Shown here: piece by piece, positions 47,140-56,617 of the stretch
How positions within the stretch are numbered: position 1 is the first letter of the stretch
Layout of the letters: each line of letters starts with the position of its first letter
Translations under genes and position numbers: made by a program
The notes under the pieces: generated by a model
Told to the model about the DNA's origin: nothing
Seen by the model: only the letters and a program-made list of their open reading frames with translations
The model's database searches: none
IMG/VR virus record: IMGVR_UViG_3300007072_000007
Location: 10,245-74,244 of that record
Source of the DNA: a virus
Reading direction: 5' to 3' (one strand)
DNA length: 64,000 bases

Positions 47140-49180
47140 CGCTACCGAAGAGTATCAGCGTTTGTTCGACCGTGTGGCCGAGGAGTTGGTTCACGGCCAC
47201 CGCGACCTGTTCGATTCGCTCCGGCCGGCCGAGCGGAAACTGGTCATCGACTACATGGCGGAAGTCCTTGCGGACGGGAGGCTGGACAACAGCATTTCCA
47301 GCGTTCTGTGGGAGTTGGATTACGTTCGCCGTCCGGTGGGGATCGAGGAGTTCATCCGTTCTGACGATTATCTGGGTCGGACTTGCGCCCAGTTCGATGC
47401 CCAATGGGTGCGCGACCTTCAGGCCGTATTCGCCCCAGGCAGTTCCATCTACGTCTGGGTGATGCGGGGGGCCATCGGCATCGGAAAGACCGTCGTGGCC
47501 ATGGCCGCCATCGCGTACACGATTTACAGGATGTCGTGTCTGCGCGACCCGGCGAGGTATTACGGGCTGTTGGCGAACTCGCTCATCGTGTTCGGAATCT
47601 ACTCGATCACGAAGCGGCAGGTTGCCGACGCCGGTTACTGGAAACTGAGGGAATACATCGACAACAGCCGGTACTTCCAGGACCACTACCCCCGCGATCA
47701 GAAACTAGAAACGAAGATTGTCTTTCAGCGGCAGCGGGTGCAGGTGGTTCCCGGTTCAAGGCAGTTGCACGTCCTCGGACTGGACTTGTTCAGCGTGGCG
47801 ATGGACGAGGCGAACTTCATGTCGCATCGCGTGGACAAGGAAACCGGAAAGACCATCGGGCAAGCCTACGAGTTGTTCAACGCCACCAGCGCGAGAATCA
47901 TGTCGCGGTTCATGCGGCCCGGCGGGGTCATTCCGGGGCTGATGCTGCTCATGTCGTCCGAGCAGTCTCAGACCGACTTTCTGGCGAACTACCTCGCGTC
48001 CGCGTCGAAGAACCAGTACCGGCCCGGTCAGCGCGGTCAGGTCACGGAGCATCTTTACGTTTCGCACTACGCACTGTGGGAGATTCGGTCCCACCGTTAC
48101 TCCCGCCGGTATTTCACGGTCGAGGTGGGGGACCGCGTGTTCCCGTCGCGCATCCTGGGGGACTCGGATACGCCGCGCCCGGGCGCGCAGACGGTGCAGG
48201 TTCCGATGGACTTCTACTCCAGGTTTGTCGAGGACGTGGACCAGCACCTTCGGGACATCGCGGGCGTCGCCACCGTCAACGTGTCGCCGTTTATCCGCGA
48301 CCCCCGCGTGGTTCACGATGCCGTTGACCGCAGGCTGTCGCATCCGTTCACGAAAACCGAGATTACGCTTTCGACGGATGAAGCCACAACGCTCCCCGAC
48401 TATTTCCTGTTGCGCAAGGTCGCCAAGGTCCACGGCGGCGCGTGGGTTCCGAAGCGTCATCCTGGGTCGTTTCGCTACGTTCATCTGGACCTGGCATTGA
48501 CGGGGGACTGCCTCGGTATCGGCATGGTTCATCCGGCCGGGTGGCGCAGGGTGGAGACGGCGCGGAGCGACGGGACGGTGATGGTCAGGGCCATGCCGCT
48601 CATCGAAGTCGATTTTGTGCTACGGGTCCGTCCCCCAGTGTCGGGGGAAATCGACATCTCGAAGGCGACCGCGTTCGTCGAGTACCTCCGCAGCATCTTT
48701 CCCATCCGTGTCGTATCGTTCGACGAGTATCAGTCGCGCCACTCGATTCAGATATTGAGGAAGGCGGGGTTCGATGCGAAGGTTACGTCGGTGGACAGGG
48801 ACGACAAGGCGTACCTGGGCCTGCGGTCGGCGTTCTACGAGCGTCGGATGGCGATGTACGCCTATGAGCCGTTGATTGACGAACTGCTGGACCTCCAGCG
48901 GGACGTGCGCTCGTCCAAGGTGGACCATCCTGAGCGGGCGTCCAAAGGCGGTAAGGGAAGCAAGGACGTAGCCGACGGTCTGTGCGGCGCTGTGTGGGAC
49001 TGCATGGAGGACGAGGCGGCATGGCGCGAGGTCGTGCCCCTGCTCGACGGTGGGGAGGATTTACGCAGCGTAAATCGGGGAGGGGGACCGGAGCCTTCCG
49101 TGCCCGCATCGACGACGGTAACTCCGGCAGGGCGTCGCATTGACTGGGACCGCTTGGTGAGCAATCTGGGAAGAAGGTAG
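47114..49180 (+). CDS. terL: Terminase large subunit
   Basis: GAIGIGKT, VAMDE, HLDLALTGD, VSFDEYQS and KVDHP..SKDVADG. Confidence 0.93.
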   Translation: MAANRGKRNATEEYQRLFDRVAEELVHGHRDLFDSLRPAERKLVIDYMAEVLADGRLDNSISSVLWELDYVRRPVGIEEFIRSDDYLGRTCAQFDAQWVRDLQAVFAPGSSIYVWVMRGAIGIGKTVVAMAAIAYTIYRMSCLRDPARYYGLLANSLIVFGIYSITKRQVADAGYWKLREYIDNSRYFQDHYPRDQKLETKIVFQRQRVQVVPGSRQLHVLGLDLFSVAMDEANFMSHRVDKETGKTIGQAYELFNATSARIMSRFMRPGGVIPGLMLLMSSEQSQTDFLANYLASASKNQYRPGQRGQVTEHLYVSHYALWEIRSHRYSRRYFTVEVGDRVFPSRILGDSDTPRPGAQTVQVPMDFYSRFVEDVDQHLRDIAGVATVNVSPFIRDPRVVHDAVDRRLSHPFTKTEITLSTDEATTLPDYFLLRKVAKVHGGAWVPKRHPGSFRYVHLDLALTGDCLGIGMVHPAGWRRVETARSDGTVMVRAMPLIEVDFVLRVRPPVSGEIDISKATAFVEYLRSIFPIRVVSFDEYQSRHSIQILRKAGFDAKVTSVDRDDKAYLGLRSAFYERRMAMYAYEPLIDELLDLQRDVRSSKVDHPERASKGGKGSKDVADGLCGAVWDCMEDEAAWREVVPLLDGGEDLRSVNRGGGPEPSVPASTTVTPAGRRIDWDRLVSNLGRR
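49059..49075. repeat. 17-bp palindrome inside terminase CDS
   Basis: Encodes DLRSVN. Confidence 0.97.
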
Positions 49181-49189
49181 GATTCAGGC

Positions 49190-50989
49190 ATGGACACGGA
49201 TAAGCCTCTGTCTATCGGACCCCACAAGGCGGGGCTGTTCACGCGACTCCTGAGCCTGTTCCGTCGGGACCGGCGGCCTCTGCTGCCCGTCGAGGACGAT
49301 TTCGACGACCTCGCGCGGTCCCTGGTTACGTCCCGCTACGTCCTGGGTCAGGACCGACGCCACAGGTACATGATTTACAGCGAGATGGACCAGTTCGACA
49401 TGGTTTCGTCGATTCTGGACCTCTACGCGGAGGAGGCGGCGCAGAAGGACGCGAGCACGCAGCGGACGGTGTGGGTTGAGTCGAAGAACGAGAAACTTGT
49501 CCGTGCGGGGGACGAGTGCTTGCGCAACCTTCAGGTCGAGGACAGGATTTTCTCCATCGCGCGCTCGATGTGCCTGTTCGGGGACCGATTCCAGCGGCTT
49601 ATCTACCAGACCGGAAAGGGCGTCGTGGGGTGGAAATACGCCCCGCCGGACCTCGTGAAGAGGCGAGACGATAAGTACGACCGTCTCATCGGTTTCACGC
49701 AGGACGGAAAGAAGTTCCGACCGCCGCGAGACCATCCGGTGTCGTGGCCCTGGGACTACATCCACTTCCGCCTGCTGGGGCGGGACGACTGGACGCAGTA
49801 CGGGACCAGCCTGTGCTACCCCGCAGTCCGTCCGTGGCGGCAGTTGTTGCTCGCGGAGACGGCGGTGCTGATGTACCGACTGAAGCGCGCCCCCGACCGC
49901 AACCTGATTCTCGCGGACGTGGCTGGCATGGACCCGGTGGAGCGGGCGGCGTATCTCAACGCGCTGCGCAAGCGGCTGCGCAAGAGCGAGTTCGTGGACC
50001 CCGCCGCCGCGTCCTACCGCAATCAATACAATCCCATTACGGCGAACGAGGACATCTTCCTGCCGGTGGACAGCGATAATCAGACCCGCATCGAAACGCT
50101 GTCCGGGGCGGGGAACATGGACCAGTTGTTTGACCTCGACTACTTCCGCAACAAGTTCTTCGGCGCGTTTCGAGTGCCGAAGGCGTTTGCGGGGTTCGAG
50201 GGGGAGATCAACGCGCGCGCGACGCTGGTGCACCAGGACATCCGGTTTGCCCGGACGGTCAAGCGGATTCAGCGGGCGCTGATTTACGGGTTGCGTTCGG
50301 TGCTGGAGTTGAACTACGCCCTTCTGTCGGAGAGTGAAGGCGGGTTTACGTCCGGGGACGAGTTTCGCGTGATGCTGCCGGTTCCGGTGTTCCTCGACGA
50401 ACTGGAGCGGGTGGAACTGATGCAGGCGAGGGCGTCGCTCATTTCGTCGCTGGCGGAGTGGGGTCAGTCCCTTCAGATTGACGTGCGCGTCTGGGCGACC
50501 TATCTGTTGCTCAACTACGCCCACCTGCCGGAGGAGTTGGTTTTTCGGCTGGTGCAGAAGCCGCCGGTTCCGGTGTCTGCGGTCGGCGGCAACGAGGAAA
50601 TCCCCGGTGCGGAGAGCGTGCTACTCCGCGCCAAGGCCCGCGAGAAGCAGTTGGCCGAACTCGAAGCGAGGCTGGGCGTTCCGAAGGGGTCCATCACGGG
50701 TTCGCTTGGGACGGCGGGTTACACGGAGTTGACGGACGCCGAGAAGGAGATGATTCGGCGCGCGGTCGATGTGAATCCGCAACTGCGCCAATCCCTGCGG
50801 AACATCGTCGCGCTGACTGAGGACTACGGAGCGAGCCAGGTGGACCCCAGCACCGTCGCCCCAAGATACTGGGACGAGAGCAGGGATGCGGTCATCGAAC
50901 TGCGCGATACCTACGAGGACGACGAGGAAGCCCGTCTGCTGGTCGAACACATGGAGTCGTTGCGTGCGTCTGAAGTTTCCAAGCCGTAA
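49190..50989 (+). CDS. Portal protein (T4 gp20-like)
   Basis: YSEMD..ILDLYAEE, HFRL, WRQL.L.E.A.LMYR..RAPDR, EDIFLP, IETLSG and DIRFARTV.RIQ. Confidence 0.93.
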   Translation: MDTDKPLSIGPHKAGLFTRLLSLFRRDRRPLLPVEDDFDDLARSLVTSRYVLGQDRRHRYMIYSEMDQFDMVSSILDLYAEEAAQKDASTQRTVWVESKNEKLVRAGDECLRNLQVEDRIFSIARSMCLFGDRFQRLIYQTGKGVVGWKYAPPDLVKRRDDKYDRLIGFTQDGKKFRPPRDHPVSWPWDYIHFRLLGRDDWTQYGTSLCYPAVRPWRQLLLAETAVLMYRLKRAPDRNLILADVAGMDPVERAAYLNALRKRLRKSEFVDPAAASYRNQYNPITANEDIFLPVDSDNQTRIETLSGAGNMDQLFDLDYFRNKFFGAFRVPKAFAGFEGEINARATLVHQDIRFARTVKRIQRALIYGLRSVLELNYALLSESEGGFTSGDEFRVMLPVPVFLDELERVELMQARASLISSLAEWGQSLQIDVRVWATYLLLNYAHLPEELVFRLVQKPPVPVSAVGGNEEIPGAESVLLRAKAREKQLAELEARLGVPKGSITGSLGTAGYTELTDAEKEMIRRAVDVNPQLRQSLRNIVALTEDYGASQVDPSTVAPRYWDESRDAVIELRDTYEDDEEARLLVEHMESLRASEVSKP

Positions 50990-51398
50990 ACTCTTCCCCA
51001 GCGCGGACGCCTTCGCCGAGGCAATCGAATCCGTCGCGCGGGACTGCGGCCAGAATCCCTACGTTCTGGCCGATGCGGTCCTGCGCACGTTCGAGCAGAT
51101 CGCCCTGCGGGTCGCAGCGGGCCGGAAGGTTCTGGTTCCCGGCTTCGGGCTGTTCAGTCCGCAGGTAGATTCCAGGAGGAAGCGAGTCTATCCTGCATTT
51201 TCGGGGGCGCGCGCCTTTCGGAACGAGGTGCGGTACGGTGTGTCCGTCAGTTCGCCGGTTGCTATCAGCGGGGTGCGTAGGCATCGGAAGAACCACCGAT
51301 GGGCGCAGCCGCGCGCCGGTTGCGAGCCGACGACTCTACGCAAGACGTTCGCCCTGTCGTTGCAAACCCTCAAGTCGATGAATAGGGATATCGCATGA
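50964..51398 (+). CDS. Second HU/IHF-like protein; start uncertain
   Basis: GRKVLVPGFGLF..PAF..A..F. Confidence 0.6.
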   Translation: MRLKFPSRKLFPSADAFAEAIESVARDCGQNPYVLADAVLRTFEQIALRVAAGRKVLVPGFGLFSPQVDSRRKRVYPAFSGARAFRNEVRYGVSVSSPVAISGVRRHRKNHRWAQPRAGCEPTTLRKTFALSLQTLKSMNRDIA

Positions 51399-52234
51399 CG
51401 GACGATGATGACATCTTCATTCTCGCGCCGTCGATGCTGCTTCCCATCGAGGAGGGCAAAGCCGTTGGAACGGCCCGGAAGTCCGAACTTCTGATGCTCA
51501 AGGACTTCTACACGAATCGAGCCTATCACCCGAACGTGCTGTCTCATGCTCGAAAGGTCGGGCAGACGGTGGGGCGGCGGAAACTGCTGGAGGTGCAGGA
51601 CCGGACGCGGGACTCGCTCATCGGAATCATCAACGACTACCAGCGGGGGCGCATCGACGAGAAGCGGTTGCGGGAGCGCATGACGAATACGATGCGCTCG
51701 GCGTGGAGGAACGTCTTTCTCGCCGGCGTTCGGGCTGGTGGGCATCCAGGGGAGGGGGCCGGCCCCGGCAAGACGCTGGTGGAGATAGACGTGGGGGATG
51801 ACTACTGGTTCAAGACCGCCGTGGCGCATGAGATGCGGTTTCTGAACAAGTTTATCCAAGCGATTGTGGAAGGGACGTGGCGGATGCCGCTGGAGCGGAG
51901 GGCGCAGATGTACGTCGATACCCTTTCGTCCTTCTACGAGTCCGCCCGTGTCATCGCGCTCCCCGAAGGCGTCGTCATTCACTGGACGGGTCCGAATGAC
52001 GACCGGACGTGTCCGGGGTGCAAGTATCTGTTCGACCATTCGCCCTACACCAAGTTCAACCTTCCGACGACCCCCCGTGCCGGGTTGACGCCGTGCCTGT
52101 CGAACTGCCGGGATAAACTGTTCATCCGGCGGGCGGTCGAGGACGAGGTGCGCGCGGTGGAGTCGGCGGCTCGTTACACGCGCGACCAGCACATCCGTCA
52201 CCTGCGGCGGATAAAGCGCAGGGGAAAGCACTAG
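51395..52234 (+). CDS. Head morphogenesis protein (SPP1 gp7 / Mu gpF-like)
   Basis: RAQMY and WTGPNDDRTCPGC..P..CLSNCR; follows portal. Confidence 0.72.
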   Translation: MTDDDDIFILAPSMLLPIEEGKAVGTARKSELLMLKDFYTNRAYHPNVLSHARKVGQTVGRRKLLEVQDRTRDSLIGIINDYQRGRIDEKRLRERMTNTMRSAWRNVFLAGVRAGGHPGEGAGPGKTLVEIDVGDDYWFKTAVAHEMRFLNKFIQAIVEGTWRMPLERRAQMYVDTLSSFYESARVIALPEGVVIHWTGPNDDRTCPGCKYLFDHSPYTKFNLPTTPRAGLTPCLSNCRDKLFIRRAVEDEVRAVESAARYTRDQHIRHLRRIKRRGKH

Positions 52235-52260
52235 ACAACGGGATTTATCCATGCTATCAT
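52232..52260 (+). promoter_or_regulatory. Sigma70-type promoter, probably leaderless
   Basis: TAGACA-17-TATCAT with TGn; ATG 6 nt after -10. Confidence 0.7.
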
Positions 52261-52266
52261 TACGGC

Positions 52267-52653
52267 ATGGTCAATCGAATCGACGATGCGGCGGAACATC
52301 TGTTGCGGTGTCTGGACCACCTGCGTAGCCTAGTGGTCGAGGTCAGGTCGATGTCGCCTGGGCTGAAACGGGCGACGACGGCGGGATATCTCGGCGATGT
52401 GGCCGATCAGTTGTGGTCGGAGCATATCGACCGTTTGCTTCGCCTCATCGACGAGGAGGATGCTATGCTGCCAGAAGAGCGCGAGGGAGCCGGAAAGCCA
52501 GGCTTGCTGGTCGAAGATGCTACCGTTGTTGGTGGCAAGGACGTGAAAACGGGCGCGCCTGTGGTCCGTCCGAAAACGGTCGATGGGCGAGCCGATGAGT
52601 CCACCATCCCGACCGACCCCCGCGAGGCCAGTCGCCAGCGCGGGAAGGACTAA
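52267..52653 (+). CDS. Hypothetical protein
   Basis: ORF directly after promoter. Confidence 0.65.
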   Translation: MVNRIDDAAEHLLRCLDHLRSLVVEVRSMSPGLKRATTAGYLGDVADQLWSEHIDRLLRLIDEEDAMLPEEREGAGKPGLLVEDATVVGGKDVKTGAPVVRPKTVDGRADESTIPTDPREASRQRGKD

Positions 52654-52667
52654 ATCTGATTATTCTC

Positions 52668-52696
52668 TTGACAACGCCGTTTTGCCGTGTTATCAT
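52668..52696 (+). promoter_or_regulatory. Sigma70-type promoter
   Basis: TTGACA-17-TATCAT. Confidence 0.8.
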
Positions 52697-52719
52697 GCTT
52701 TGAGCATCAGGAGGTTACG

Positions 52720-53280
52720 ATGACACAGGCACAGGTAACTAGCGCGGTAGTGTTGTTGGGCGAGGTCTATGACCGCGAGATTACGCGCGGCGACCTCATC
52801 ACGCTTCTGTCCACGATTCGCGGGGCCGCTCCGGTGACGATTACGGCGGCGACCGACCCGCGCTTGCGCAAGACCGGGCTGCCCGACGACCTGCGCGGCG
52901 CGCGTAAGATCAGTCGCGTCAACGGCGTCGTCAACTGGCACTACGAGGCGGCGGTCAATCGTCAGCAGGTCCGTGAGGGCGGCGACGGCACGTTCGAGGC
53001 TCAGCCGCGCAAGTGGGGTGTGCGCGTCGCGGGTACGCCCTTTGTCGAGCACAAAGGCGCGCTCTACCTCGAACTCAAGGTCGAGCGGACGCTGGGGCAT
53101 GTGTACGTCGATGCCGCCGGTCAGCCCGTCGAGTACGAGCGCGTCGCACCGTTCTTGTCAGAGAAGCGGTCCAACGCCGAACATCAGGGCGTCGAGCGCG
53201 AGATTGTCCTGCGGGACTACGCCATTGAGTCGATTCAGGCCATCGCTATCGGTGGGGGCCGATATCGGGTGGTGGGCTAG
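52720..53280 (+). CDS. Hypothetical phage protein
   Basis: SD AGGAGG; YEAAVNRQ..EG..F..RKWG..TPFVEHKG..YL pattern; own promoter and terminator. Confidence 0.8.
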   Translation: MTQAQVTSAVVLLGEVYDREITRGDLITLLSTIRGAAPVTITAATDPRLRKTGLPDDLRGARKISRVNGVVNWHYEAAVNRQQVREGGDGTFEAQPRKWGVRVAGTPFVEHKGALYLELKVERTLGHVYVDAAGQPVEYERVAPFLSEKRSNAEHQGVEREIVLRDYAIESIQAIAIGGGRYRVVG

Positions 53281-53295
53281 GCTATCTGACCCCCG

Positions 53296-53332
53296 GCCCC
53301 CGTCGGACGTTGTTCCGGCGGGGGCTTATTTA
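53296..53332 (+). terminator. Intrinsic terminator
   Basis: GCCCCCGTCGGA / TCCGGCGGGGGC stem then TTATTT. Confidence 0.65.
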
Positions 53333-53829
53333 TGTACCGGAAACCTCTACTCATCTTCGGGCTGACAGCGGCCGAAATCATGCGCGTAGGGCCTCGATTT
53401 CGCCGTCCGTGCGATGTGTGCGGGGAGGTGCCCGACGAGTACCGCCTGGACGTGCGGCGCGGGTCGGGACGGTCTCAGACCGTCTATGTGCTGTGCGAGT
53501 CCTGTGCTGGGTTGTGGTGCGAGGCGATGGCGGGCCTGTGCTCGCGCGCACAGTCGCGCTGCTATCGGCGGGGGGAGTCGATCCGGCCTCCGTTGCGGGA
53601 TGTCGGAAAGCGGGAGAGTCGGGTAGCCTATATCGCTTATGGGGTCGGGGATAACCCCCGCCCGAAGCGAGGTGAATATGCTGTTGACGAGTGTGCGCGG
53701 GGGGAAACCCCGCAGCGTCCTCGCGTCGCGCGACGCGGACGGGGCTTGCGTTTGCTACGAGCCGGAGACGGGCAGGCTAGTGCGGGCGGCGACGTACCGC
53801 GAAGCCTTGGTGATTCTGAACCAGGATGA
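53332..53829 (+). CDS. Hypothetical protein with CxxC pairs
   Basis: CDVC and LCESC; 3' part overlaps the next ORF. Confidence 0.45.
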   Translation: MYRKPLLIFGLTAAEIMRVGPRFRRPCDVCGEVPDEYRLDVRRGSGRSQTVYVLCESCAGLWCEAMAGLCSRAQSRCYRRGESIRPPLRDVGKRESRVAYIAYGVGDNPRPKRGEYAVDECARGETPQRPRVARRGRGLRLLRAGDGQASAGGDVPRSLGDSEPG

Positions 53830-54055
53830 GAATGCGCCCGCCTCAGCGCCAGAAGTATCGGAGTCCGTCGTGCAGGAAACCGTCGTTGAGGCTCCCTCAG
53901 CACAACCGTTCGGCGGCGATGGGGCCGACGTTGATGCCGCCGTGGTTGAGGGTAGCCGACCGGCAGAGCATCGCCCGCGCCGTCGTCGCCGACGACGTGG
54001 CGGCGATGAGGCGGTTGGCGAACCGCCTGACGGCGGACGAACTGATGTACCCTGA
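53678..54055 (+). CDS. Hypothetical protein
   Basis: SD GAGGTG before ATG 53678. Confidence 0.6.
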   Translation: MLLTSVRGGKPRSVLASRDADGACVCYEPETGRLVRAATYREALVILNQDENAPASAPEVSESVVQETVVEAPSAQPFGGDGADVDAAVVEGSRPAEHRPRRRRRRRGGDEAVGEPPDGGRTDVP

Positions 54056-54150
54056 CGGGTACGACCAGCCGACGACATTGGACGAGGCGAATCGTGTTGG
54101 TTCGTTCAGGGTTGCCCGCTACATGCGCCGTCTTTCGGTACAATGCTCGC

Positions 54151-54384
54151 ATGAGCGCTGGACTGAAGGCGGAACTGCTGGGTGGTCCGCTGGACGGGCT
54201 GGAAGTGCAGGTCGGGGTTCGGGACGGACGGACCCCTGATGTGGTCGTGCTAGGCGTGATGACCGGACGGTGCAGACGGGCATTGGCGTACGCGCGTCTG
54301 TGCGATGCCCGCTATGTCTTCGACGGCTACGCGCGACCGGAAGAGGTGCCGAGCGACGAAGGAGATTGCGATGGCGAAGCATGA
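54151..54384 (+). CDS. Small hypothetical protein (GGPLDG motif)
   Basis: TACAAT 6 nt before ATG; LLGGPLDG motif seen in small phage proteins. Confidence 0.6.
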   Translation: MSAGLKAELLGGPLDGLEVQVGVRDGRTPDVVVLGVMTGRCRRALAYARLCDARYVFDGYARPEEVPSDEGDCDGEA

Positions 54385-54862
54385 GATCATGGTGGACCTT
54401 CCCCCCGACCAGCCGCAGCAGCAGGTCATCGCGCCGCCGACGACGGCGGACGTGGTGGATCACCTCGCGGTCGAGGACATTCCTCCTGACGCGGTGGTGC
54501 ATGTCGAGGAGTACGTCGAGGTCGGGACGGGGCGAACCGTGTATCTCTACCGGCAGGTGGACCCGGACAGGACCGGAGAGCCGCTCCAGGGCGGGCGGTG
54601 TGTGTTCAAGGGGCGCGGCGAGTGCTCGGTCAAGATGCCCCACGGTCCCCCGCTGGAGGTTCAGTATCAGTTTCCCATCAACGCCTCTACGATTCGTCAG
54701 GCTTTCGCGCGTCTGGACGACGCACACGCCGTCCACAAGCCCGTCATCGAGCAGCAGGTGATGGAGCACGCCAAACGGCAGGCGGCCCGGCAACTCATTC
54801 AGCCAGCGACGGTGGCTGCGGCCCGTTCGGTCGCGGCACAGGCGATGCGATTGAAGAAGTAG
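54371..54862 (+). CDS. Hypothetical protein
   Basis: SD AAGGAG before ATG 54371. Confidence 0.7.
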   Translation: MAKHEIMVDLPPDQPQQQVIAPPTTADVVDHLAVEDIPPDAVVHVEEYVEVGTGRTVYLYRQVDPDRTGEPLQGGRCVFKGRGECSVKMPHGPPLEVQYQFPINASTIRQAFARLDDAHAVHKPVIEQQVMEHAKRQAARQLIQPATVAAARSVAAQAMRLKK

Positions 54863-54865
54863 TGG

Positions 54866-54882
54866 ATTTACGCTGCGTAAAT
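54866..54882. repeat. 17-bp palindrome ATTTACGCTGCGTAAAT
   Basis: Intergenic; covers the expected -35 position of TAGAAT (54897-54902). Confidence 0.97.
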
Positions 54883-54908
54883 AGGGGGCGAATCGGTAGA
54901 ATCGAGTC

Positions 54909-56615
54909 ATGGCCGTCCTCATTGACCCCATCTCACCGGACCGGCGCGGTCGGATTCTGGCGGAGCCAGTTCCGTCCGTGCTGGACGGTTTGCGCCGCCT
55001 CGCGGAGTCGGGCGGGTTGAGCGACGGTGTTCGCCATTCGGACGCCTACGTCGGTGTCGTTGCATCGCTCGCCGAGAATGCGCGGGAGGTCGCCGCATAC
55101 TTTGCGGTCCGCTCCCCAGCACTGACGGCGACCAAGCAGGGGGCTGGCGCGCTGTTGTTCGAGGCGTACCTGATTGAGCGGCAGCGGGAACTGTTCGAGC
55201 GTTTTGTAGAGACGCAGGCGGACGGCGACCACGACGATTTCCTCGCCGTTTTCGAGGGGATGATCCAGCCGGATGAGTTTGACCGGCTGGCGGAAGGGGT
55301 GCGCGATTTCTGCGATGTCGATATTCTTCTGTCCGCCGGGCAGGCGACCCACGATGAGATTTCAGACCTGACGATTCTCCGCTGCAAGCCGAAGGAAAGC
55401 GCGATCAAGGCGGCGGATGCTCTACGGGAGAACCCACCCATGTCGATTCGAGCGGTTGTTGCCCCGATTACTTCCCAGGAATACCGAAAAGTCGCCAACG
55501 AAGGAGGCTTGACGCACGGTGCGTTCAAGCGCTTGTTTCCAGACGCCCCCGACGATACCGGAACGGAGTTGATGGAGTACCGCGACGCCAACGGCGTGCC
55601 GTGGTACGGCTGCGAGTCGATGGGCTGGAAGCCCGACTATGACAATCGCACCGTGGAGTTGATGACGGAGAGCCGTGTGGAAGGGCTGTCGGAGGAGTAC
55701 GACTCCAAGAAGCCCCGCAAGATTCGGTCGGGGATGCCGTCCAAGTGCGGCAAGCCGATCAAGATTGGCGCGCCCATCTACATCGTCCCGACCAACAAGC
55801 CGGGTAAGAAGGCGGTTCACGTCAAGTGCTTCGGTGGCAAGGATGAGTCCGTGTACGAGTCGCGCCCCCCGCGCGGCACGCCGTCGATCCGCAAACTGGT
55901 GGACGAACTGAAGGACGCGCAGGCCGATCTGCGTCCGCAGTCGGGGCGGCGCGAGCGCGACGATCAGAGCGACGTGGACGTGCGGCTTCAGGTGGTGGAC
56001 GGTCGTTGGACGCTGCACGTCGGAGACGCACCCGGCGACAACGACCGTCGAGGTGCGTGGGGAACCGGCGTGTTGACTGCGAGCATGGACGATGAGGACC
56101 TGCGGGAACTGGCACGGGAACTCATTGATGACCTTCGCAACTCGTCCGAGTCCACCGCCGCTACGCTGCGCGGCGTTCGCAGCGGGCTGGTTCGCCCCGG
56201 TCGAACGTCCGACGTGGAGGACGACGGCGACAGCACCGTCGTCTGCCCGCTGTGCAGCCAGCCGCAGGGCGAGGATTCCGCGCTGGGTGTGCTCGGCTAC
56301 GTCAAGCATTACCGCTGTCGGAACTGCGGCGGGCAGTTTTCGCACAAGTTGCCCCGTGGTCGAAACCGTCCTGTCCGCCGAACCAGTGAGGGCGTCGAGT
56401 CGGGTTTCGGGTCGTGGTCCGTCAAGCGAGAAAAGAGAGGTTCCAGGGTGCGCACTCCGATTGGGACGTGGGAGATTGTCGATAGCCCTGAGGATGCGGA
56501 ACGGCTGTTGCAGAGCGTTGGCAAGGTGTACGAGGAGGGTTCGCCTGAGCACGACGCGATGGTGCAAGCCATTCTGGAGGACTACTGCGAGGACCGTGGG
56601 GTTTCGTTGGAGTAG
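54909..56615 (+). CDS. Modular hypothetical protein, probably capsid-internal
   Basis: Short modules, two of them Cys/His zinc-ribbon-like, separated by Glu-Ser linkers. Confidence 0.7.
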   Translation: MAVLIDPISPDRRGRILAEPVPSVLDGLRRLAESGGLSDGVRHSDAYVGVVASLAENAREVAAYFAVRSPALTATKQGAGALLFEAYLIERQRELFERFVETQADGDHDDFLAVFEGMIQPDEFDRLAEGVRDFCDVDILLSAGQATHDEISDLTILRCKPKESAIKAADALRENPPMSIRAVVAPITSQEYRKVANEGGLTHGAFKRLFPDAPDDTGTELMEYRDANGVPWYGCESMGWKPDYDNRTVELMTESRVEGLSEEYDSKKPRKIRSGMPSKCGKPIKIGAPIYIVPTNKPGKKAVHVKCFGGKDESVYESRPPRGTPSIRKLVDELKDAQADLRPQSGRRERDDQSDVDVRLQVVDGRWTLHVGDAPGDNDRRGAWGTGVLTASMDDEDLRELARELIDDLRNSSESTAATLRGVRSGLVRPGRTSDVEDDGDSTVVCPLCSQPQGEDSALGVLGYVKHYRCRNCGGQFSHKLPRGRNRPVRRTSEGVESGFGSWSVKREKRGSRVRTPIGTWEIVDSPEDAERLLQSVGKVYEEGSPEHDAMVQAILEDYCEDRGVSLE

Positions 56616-56617
56616 CC

